Below, in pieces: positions 44,601-64,000 of a DNA stretch of 64,000 bases. The DNA is from Balanoglossus misakiensis (Eukaryota > Animalia > Hemichordata), in the NCBI GenBank assembly GCA_040954595.2, contig CM082592.2, positions 10,254,731 to 10,318,730 on the forward strand. Direction: 5' to 3'. Every line of letters starts with the position of its first letter. Within the stretch, counting starts at the first letter, position 1. The notes under the pieces were generated by a model. That model made no database searches. It had not been told where the DNA came from and saw only the letters and a list, made by a program, of their open reading frames with translations. The position numbers and the translations under genes are program-made.

Positions 44601-46924
44601 TCACATTGGTAGTTCTTAGTATTTTCATCTTCTATGTAAACTCAAGTGGGATTTTTAGTCTCTTTTATCTGCCAAATTCAGTGCAGATTTGATCGTCGTG
44701 AAGTGGTAATGTTGAAGCATTTTCTGTACTACCATAAACGTATCATTTTATGATAATCAATTGATACTTGATATCTGATCAGTATTGGTGACCGCGTTTG
44801 TCGTTTTTTTCATGCAGAGTTGTCTTTGGCCCTGAACTTGTGATGCTTGGACCTGATGAGCAGTTTACGCAGTTATCATTGTCTGGCGGCAAACCAAAGA
44901 GACCCAATGTCATCAAGTCGTTGGTTCTACTCCTTGGTCCAGATTTCTGTACAGACATCATTACCATAGAAACAGCAGATCACGCCAGGCTTTCACTTCA
45001 GCTGTCGTACAACTGGTAAGCAACTGAAAGTGTCTCTAATTCTTGAGTAGAAACTACTATTTTTTCAATACTTTTAGTTCCGTCATCTACTTTGTTTTTT
45101 GTTTTTCACATTTTACTCAAAAATCATTTTTATTATGGTGATTATTACAGGCATTTTGAAATTGCTGACAAATCTAACAAGGACGAAGCTGCTAAGTTAT
45201 TCAGTGTACCTGACTTTGTTGGTGATGCTTGTAAGGCCATTGCCTCTCGTGTCAGAGGAGCTGTGGCTAGTGTTCAGTTTGATGATTTCCACAAGGTTAG
45301 TTATATTCTGTTGATGAATTCTATCTGTCATGGATAAATATCAGATTCCCTGTTTGACAGAATTTTGTCCACATTGTAGTGACATTAACTCAGAAGTAGA
45401 GAGCACAATGTAATAATTAAGTGTTTTCTGGTGATAATGAAGTAAATAATCATTTGTTTAATTGATATTATAGAATTCTGCCAAGATAATCCGTGCCTCA
45501 GTCTTTGGCATGGATGAGAGACAGAAGGTTCGCGATCGATTCATGTTCCCGCAGAACAACTTAATTGTGACCAGTATTGATATCCAGTCTGTGGAACCAG
45601 TAGATCAGCGCACGCGAGATGCTCTGATGAAGTCAGTGCAGCTGGCCATTGAGATCACAACCAACTCCCAAGAAGCTGCAGCCAGGTGAGGAGAGAAAGT
45701 GATAAACCTCCCAAATGGACCATGGTACAAATGAAATGCAGTAAAACCTGCCTAAACCGTACACCAAAGGACTGAAGAACTGGTTTTGTTTGGTGTTGAG
45801 ATGTCCGGTTTAAAGAGGTTCTCTTAACATGTTTATAATTGTTTATGTCTTAAATTGTTTATAATATTCTGCAAATGATCTCTCTCATAGACACGAGGCT
45901 GAACGTCTTGAGCAGGAGGCCAAAGGTCGCCTTGAACGCCAGAAGATTTTGGACGAAGCAGAGGCTGAGAGAGCTAGAAAGGAACTCTTGGAATTACAGG
46001 CCAACAGTGCGGCTGTGGAGAGCACCGGTCAGGCCAAGGCTGAGGCACAGAGTCGTGCTGAAGCTGCTAGGATTGAAGGAGAAGCAGCTGTACAACAAGC
46101 CAAACTGAAAGCAGAGGCTGCTCAAATTGAGGCTGTAAGTACTTAGTTTTTATCCATCATCCAGCAAGGACTGTTTATGCACATGCTCATAAAATGTTGT
46201 AATTCACATAACATGGTATGTTCTTTCATGCTGTTGAAGTTAGAACCCCTTTACCACCATGGTCTGGTCCAAATCCATTGTTTCTATGGTAAAGTTGGAC
46301 CTCTAACAAGGGAAATTAGGGTGGAAGGGTTAAATACTAGGACAGCTGTTCACAGCCTCACATAGGTCTGCCCGAAGCAGCCGAGATCTCATGTAAAATT
46401 AGTAAACCAGTAAAGTTGTGAATTTTCACACCTCAAATGCAATGTATGTTTTGTCTCCAGGAATCTGAACTTGAGAGACTGAACAATGCCCGTGAAGGCG
46501 AGACCATATATGTGAGAGAACAGAATTCACTGGAAATTTCCAAAGCCAAAGACATGGCTGGAATAGAAGTGGAGAAATTCAAGAACATGGTGAATGCCAT
46601 TGGTGCTGATACAATCAGAGCAATCGCTGTATCTGGACCTGAAATGCAGGTATGTATTGTTAGTTTTAATACATCATTCTTATCGGATTTCTTGTTTTGT
46701 GAATTGCGATGATAGTTCCTGACAGAAAAACTCGCATTCTAACAACTTCTGTTTGTTTCTCTCTCCAGGTGAAACTACTGCAGTCTCTGGGACTGAAGAC
46801 TACACTGATCACTGATGGAAATTCTCCAATTAATCTGTTTAACACAGCCCATGGTCTGATTGGAGGAAATGCCTTACAAGCCCCTAGCAAACATCGCTCC
46901 AGTGCAGACAGTGACGATGAATAA
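41660..46924 (+). CDS. MVP: Major vault protein, multi-exon, complete
   Basis: [49 protein letters not shown]; vault repeats ([43 protein letters not shown]); shoulder [62 protein letters not shown]; cap helix [28 protein letters not shown]; [20 protein letters not shown]; TAA 46922-46924. Confidence 0.98.
45739..45825. mobile_element. Degenerate pogo/Tigger-like MITE relic in an MVP intron
   Basis: Left end cagtaaaacctgcctaaaccgtacac is imperfectly inverted against gtccggtttaaagaggtt (45803-45820). CAGT-start terminal repeats are typical of this class. Confidence 0.45.
46246..46329. mobile_element. ~85-bp piggyBac-type MITE, copy 1 (MVP intron)
   Basis: CCC...GGG termini followed by TTAA (46330-46333). 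Internal ccaaatccattg-tttctatggtaaagttggacc is the reverse complement of the element at 54528-54612. Confidence 0.8.
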
Positions 46925-48365
46925 AGAGTTAGTTCCGTACAACTGTACAAATGATCAGTAATGCATTTCGACAAAAATCTACTGCAAGATAACATTCATG
47001 GAAGCAACTTTTAGTTTTCCATTTTGTTTACTCCTGTTTGTATCTGTCTATTCCTCCACATATCTGTAAATAGCTAGTTTGAATACTTATATTTTGCTAG
47101 TTTCACATATCAAAGTATTTCTATACGTGGTGACTGTCATTTCTACAACAAAACTTCAACTCTGCAATATTTTGGAATACAAAAATGAAGTACATATAGT
47201 AATACATGTAGTTTACTAAATTATGTTTAAAGTATTCCATCTTTTAGTATTAATATTTCATTATTTCTTGCTGCTGTGCAGTTTCTGGCAGGTTATAGAT
47301 GTGTGGATGACATTACTTTAACTGTAGTTGGCTTATTATGCAGGTGGTGATATATGATACCCTATAAATATATTCAGTAAAACCTGTGATATGATCTGGC
47401 ATTAAGTGCTGTAATATTTGACCCCTTAGTACCAAATGGTTTGCTCGTTGACCCCTTAGTTACAAGTAATTTTGCTACTTGTGTGACATGATTTATATTT
47501 GACCGCTGGATTAGAATCATGTATCTTGTTGTCTATCTTGGGTAGCTAGTATTGATAGATTGATTGATTTCAAGGTACATGACTCGCATATGCCTTGAAT
47601 TTTCTTCAACTTGTACTTTTACCTTTAGTTTTTCATATAGCCAGCGTGCGCTTACGAATTTCTTAGCAGCAAAACAAAATAACCAGGGTAGCCAGCAATG
47701 ATTGGCATAAATGAATATTTGTTTCTTTGCCTATCTCATTTTATACTGTAAGTTGGCAGTTGACTCCTTGATCAAATCCATAGAAATGACAAACAATTTG
47801 TGTTGACAGTTATAATGGCCCGTTTAGTGTTAATTTTTTTTGTAGAAGTAGACCTGTGTTTATTTTAGTTGTTTGGTTAATAGTGGCTGGACCTCATTGA
47901 TACCAATCATGAGGCAGCCCCGCCCATCTCCAACATTTACATTCAACATTTCAGACAACAATGGAAAGATGGTGAAGATCTCTTTCTTTTGTCATTGATG
48001 TGTTATCATGCACCCCTTTAAATTTAGTCTCTTCACAGTTTGCACCTTCATTTCTACTGTCACTGTTTAAATCATGATAATATATAACAAGTAAACAAAT
48101 TGTGATGTGTGTAGAAATCTTATTTGTATGATCTGTCAACACTTGGGCAATATTTTCCCCAAGAATTGTTTGGCTAGTATGCATAAGACATTTATGTTGG
48201 TTCTGACTAAACATGTAAAGTACGGAGATATGATTTTTCACTTTGTATATGAACATATGGGTTTATAAAAATAAATGTCATAATATCATAGAATTTAATG
48301 TTGTTGGCTGTTATTTCATGTAAACCCGACAGCAGAAATCTACAATAGCAAACATGCATCAATAG

Positions 48366-48466
48366 CAAGAAATCATCACCATCACCATCATCATCATCAT
48401 CATCATCAAGAAATCATCATCGAAATCATCATCATCATCAAGAAATCATCATCATCATCACCATCA
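48366..48466. repeat. (CAT)n microsatellite with higher-order caagaaat(cat)n units, overlapping the hyaluronidase stop codon
   Basis: Read directly; on minus it reads TGA TGG TGA TGA TGA... starting at the stop codon. Confidence 0.9.
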
Positions 48467-50482
48467 AGGAGAAATGGCAGCGTCACATTGGTATCCATGC
48501 CAACCTGCATAGCATCGGCAATAAAAGTCGGCAAAGAAGTCACTCAATAAAGGATATTCACCAACCACAGCCGCCATGGCTCTCTTGGTCTCGCCATTTT
48601 CATACTTGACACATCTACCGTGATTACTGCAGCGTCTGTGGCTACACTCCTCAGCAAATCGCACGGTCTTTCGGACGTAAGGACCCAGTATATCTTCGAC
48701 ATATTGCTTCAGATTTTGACATGCCTGTAACGACTGTAGATTGCTTTGCCAGAGAACGACACCATGTAAACCTTTCGTGGCACTCTGTCCAATAGTGTTC
48801 TCCAAGTCGGCCTGTAAATGAGCCACATTTGTAAATAAGTTTCTGTTATGGACTGGTCAGTTTCTTTTCCCCCGGGGGGGGGGGGGGGGGGAAGGGAGGG
48901 GGTGGATTCTATTTTGTGGATATCAAAAAGTGACTGACCCCCCCCCCCCCCCCCCCATTGACAATGGAAAAGTGGGTGACCCTAACCACCCAATTCCAAA
49001 ACAGGGTGATCTCCCCCTTCCCTATGAATCCACCCCCCCCCCCCCAGACCGAAGAAACAGACCAGTCCCCTATTGCAACGCCCTAACATGTCATGCATAA
49101 ACTTTACAATACTAGTAGTTTTGAAGCCCCCCCCCCCCCCCACCTCTCTCTTTCTCTGTTTGTGTTTGAACGGATTTGCTACAATAGTGAGCAGCGAGAT
49201 GCATCTATGAGCATGGAGAATCTACATTTTTATATATTTCCAATGAGAGTGAAAACGGGTAAATTAAAATTAGGGTTCAGTGAAACTCCGAACTCAAAAT
49301 GAGACCTAATAGATGGTCTTTTTTATATGGTGATTCAGGTACATTCCCGCCAAGTTTCAAGACTGTGGCAATTGAGATCTTGTGGCTTGGTGTCCATTTT
49401 TTCTAATGGTTCTCAGCCATATACTTACCAACGTTAAACGTGTGGTTTTTTTTACGTAGCAGTAGTTAACAAATGAATATATCGGTTTGTGTGGATCAGG
49501 TGACCGAGATACCATCCGTTCAGCCTCGCCCAGGATTCCGGCGACAAATCTTCTTCGATCCTGAGGCATGACAATACTTGAATCGAGGTAGATCCGTGGG
49601 TAGATAACTGTGCTTGCATCGAACAGCCACTGCATTCGATCGTTTTCTCTTTGCCACGCTATATCACAGCCAATTTGCCCACCTCTCCATCTGTCACCGC
49701 AAAAGTCTGGATATTTGTAGAATCCCCAAAGCGCATGAGGCCGAAGTCTCTGGCCTATTTCCAGCGTCCCTGTCATGATCGCTCGAGTAGCGGTGTTAAA
49801 TTCAGCCTCCGCCGCTTCTTCAATCTGGCTTTCGGACCAGTCCCCGTGCTTGTCGCGGACAAGTGATTTGGAAGCCTCCTGGTACATTGGTTTAATGTCA
49901 CCCTTCACATTTGCTTCGTAGAGAGGACGCCACTTTTCCCAGTTGATGACAACCAAAGCAGTCGAATTGATGTGTGGAATGAACCGATTCACATCCTCAG
50001 CGACTTTCTCGAAATGCCCGGTTAAATTTACAAGCTGAAATTATATACAATATATTTTCATTTTCAGTTAATACAATGTACCATCATTACTTAATAAAAT
50101 GTTTATGGTAAATCCCTGAACCTGGAAGTCAGAAGTTACCACATAAATCGACGAGAGAGATAAACCTCACAAACCAAGATTTTCAAATCAAACATACCTG
50201 TGGAAGTCCACCATTGACAGGAGTTCCATCGTCGTCGAAGTAAGGATATAATCCGAGTTTGAGGTTTAACATGGCAAGCTTATCTCCTATCTTGTCCAGA
50301 TTCTGATTCGCGATAATTCTATACTTTTTCAAGTCAATGGACACTCCAAATTGGTCACGACATTGGTGAGAAGGCGTATCCCAAACTACCCTGAAAGGCT
50401 TCCCCACTTGATGAGAGAAAACCACAGCTGAAGAAAACAGTGTTATCAAGATACAGAATTGGAGGGAAGAAGACGCGGCCAT
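48464..50482 (-). CDS. Hyaluronidase-like protein (glycoside hydrolase family 56), 3 exons, ~412 aa, predicted secreted
   Basis: Exons 50482-50198, 50034-49429, 48811-48464, all phase 0. Signal peptide; PFRVVWDTPSHQC; LGLYPYF...VNGGLPQ; LVVINWEKWRP; LRPHALWGFYKYPDFC; NDRMQWLFDASTVIYPRIY; DLENTIGQS..GLHGVVLW; CSHRRCSNHGRC; HyalEGF-type FYCRCYAGWHGYQC. No GPI or TM tail. Confidence 0.93.
48849..49070. mobile_element. ~220-bp MITE with long inverted termini and G/C homopolymer arms (hyaluronidase intron 2)
   Basis: ggactggtcagtttctt (48850-48866) versus aagaaacagaccagtcc (49052-49068) is a 16/17 inverted match, and gggggtggattc pairs with gaatccaccccc. G18 at 48874-48891, C19 at 48938-48956; TA on both flanks. 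Confidence 0.8.
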
Positions 50483-52353
50483 CACAGAAAACTGAACAGT
50501 GTGTTTAGCGCAATTAGGCTATGGCATTTATACAAACGCCGGACAAAGAAGCAGCGCTATATTGAGTATTTTTTACATCAATGGATTGAGCTCTCGTCCA
50601 ATCAGAACAGCGATGTGTAGCATGGTATTATAATATTATGGTTTGTCGGCCTTAATGAATTATTGATAAATATAGTTATGCACATATAGCCTCATAGTTC
50701 ACTTTATAAACTTCGCATAACATACATTAAACGTGACAAACAATTCATACACAAATGAAGGTGCGAAACAAGCATCAATTTCGCTGTGGCTACGACTATG
50801 CAAATATGTTCGTCCACCCAAATGTGAAGTCAGTTGAAAAATTTCCAATATTCCAAGGGCAGGATCCAAATCTGGCGAGGAACATTTTTATACATAAAAT
50901 GTAATTGGAGGGCTGCACGTACAAAGGTAACTCGGCACAAACATGTGGCCTTTACAAATTCATCTCGCACCACCTTGCTTACATAATGATGCATGAACGG
51001 AAATCCTGAACAATACTTCATCAGAATCCGTAGAATAGCATTCACAATATCACCCCTCGTCTATAAAAGATCAAGGGAAGTACAAGTTCATGCAAGTCTG
51101 TGGTATGAAAAAGTTTCATGGTAATAGAAACTGGTTACTGTATGACCAATATATTATTTTTCAACGGTAACTTAACATTATCCTCTCTGAAAATTGAAGA
51201 TGAAAATTAAGGGTCACCATGCTGCCAATCTCTGTGTTAAGTCTATGGAGATGGTGAACACCATTTTCTTCTCTTTTCAAAAAAACAAAAACTCTTGGGG
51301 AAATTATGAAGTGCACAGGTTAGTGTTGGCTTCAATTGGCATCGTACGTACACACAGAGTCACTCACTTACTCAAATTTTTAAATTCTACAATAACACAG
51401 AAACATACAATCAGAAAAGACACCAGAAAACAATGCTGACACTTCAACTAAGAAAAACTTACCTTTTGCTCAAATTTAATTATGTAAATCCATCGTAATC
51501 ATAGTAATTGTCAAATAAGCTTATAATGCAAAATACAAGAAACTTATTGCTTAAACAAATCACACACAGAAATAAATTTATATCTTGTAACATTGCAATT
51601 AAATATCTCCCAACGTCTCACTGTACAATCAACTGGATATTTGTAAAAAATTTCTGATAAAAGAAAGTATGCTATGTATCTTTTTATATATATGTACAAG
51701 TACAGGCCTGTTTTCATGGCCTGACAATGGATGCAGCATGAAGCCTGTTCCAGCAAGCAGAACACACAGACATTTCAAATATGTCCAAAGACAAAGCCAA
51801 AAGATGACAAACATAGCATCTTCAGAGAGTGACAGTGCTTTTTTTTAGTGTTATATAATAATAGTCATTTGTACAATATTTTCATTTGTTGATGACAATA
51901 AAAAAGAACAAAAAAGAAAACTATAATAGCCAGTTCAGTTATTGTATGGATGGACAATATATAATAATTTCCCGCACAAGCAGACATGATTCTACACGTA
52001 ACGTTTAACTCTTGGCTCACATGCTGGGTCACTTTTAATGTTATTTTTCTAGGCCTTTCAAGAATTCCTCAGTAGTATGGGAATCTTTAATATTTCACTG
52101 GAACTAACATATCTGAGCTCTGTCCCATTTGTTGATGGATAAGGAAACTTACAAATATCATGTTTTGTTGTGTGGAAAATAGTTGATATGTTGTAAGCTG
52201 GAAGTGCGAGAAATGCTTAGCATTGCATTTATCGTTTGCCAGTTTTGGGAAATAACGCCTTCCTGCTCGAGGATTTCTCCATTGTTTGAACCTGAGAAGA
52301 GGGACATAGGGAGACAAGGAGACATCAATATCTTTACAGCAGCTGAATCGATG

Positions 52354-63917
<11,564 letters not shown>

Positions 63918-64000
63918 CTGAAAATAGACATTATTCTTGGTTTCTGCTGTATCATTCATTATTCTAATTCTTTTATTCCTCAAGTAATCATGTATTTTAA

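Noticed and set aside
39000-48400. Vault RNA gene near MVP
   Set aside because: No A-box/B-box pair with a terminal stem and oligo-T terminator was found by eye. Vault RNA genes are not generally linked to MVP; an Infernal search would be definitive.

Overview
This is intron-rich, AT-rich animal genomic DNA, not prokaryotic. It looks like a compact invertebrate genome, plausibly a deuterostome such as a hemichordate (inferred from gene structure and repeat style, not proven). Most of the supplied ORF track is exon fragments or noise. Splicing by hand gives ten protein-coding genes: nucleoredoxin-type exon 1 (-), VPS53 (-), DHX37 (+), INTS2 (-), MED31 (+), an MS4A/CD20-like tetraspan protein (-), a 134-aa TSP1 membrane protein (+), major vault protein MVP (+), a GH56 hyaluronidase-like protein (-), and the 3' part of BLTP2/KIAA0100 (-). 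There are also several MITEs and microsatellites. I found no clearly new multi-gene system, tRNA, rRNA, vault RNA or CRISPR array. The best leads are: (1) the tetraspan protein's ~180-aa, Cys-free, very acidic and His-rich loop with an RKKR site, with RFX X-box-like motifs around the gene; (2) a Asp-to-Asn change in the hyaluronidase DWE motif; (3) a duplicated VPS53 splice acceptor that creates an in-frame stop option; (4) the minimal TSP1 surface protein; (5) ancient linkage of the conserved genes. Gene names come from recalled family sequences, not database searches.
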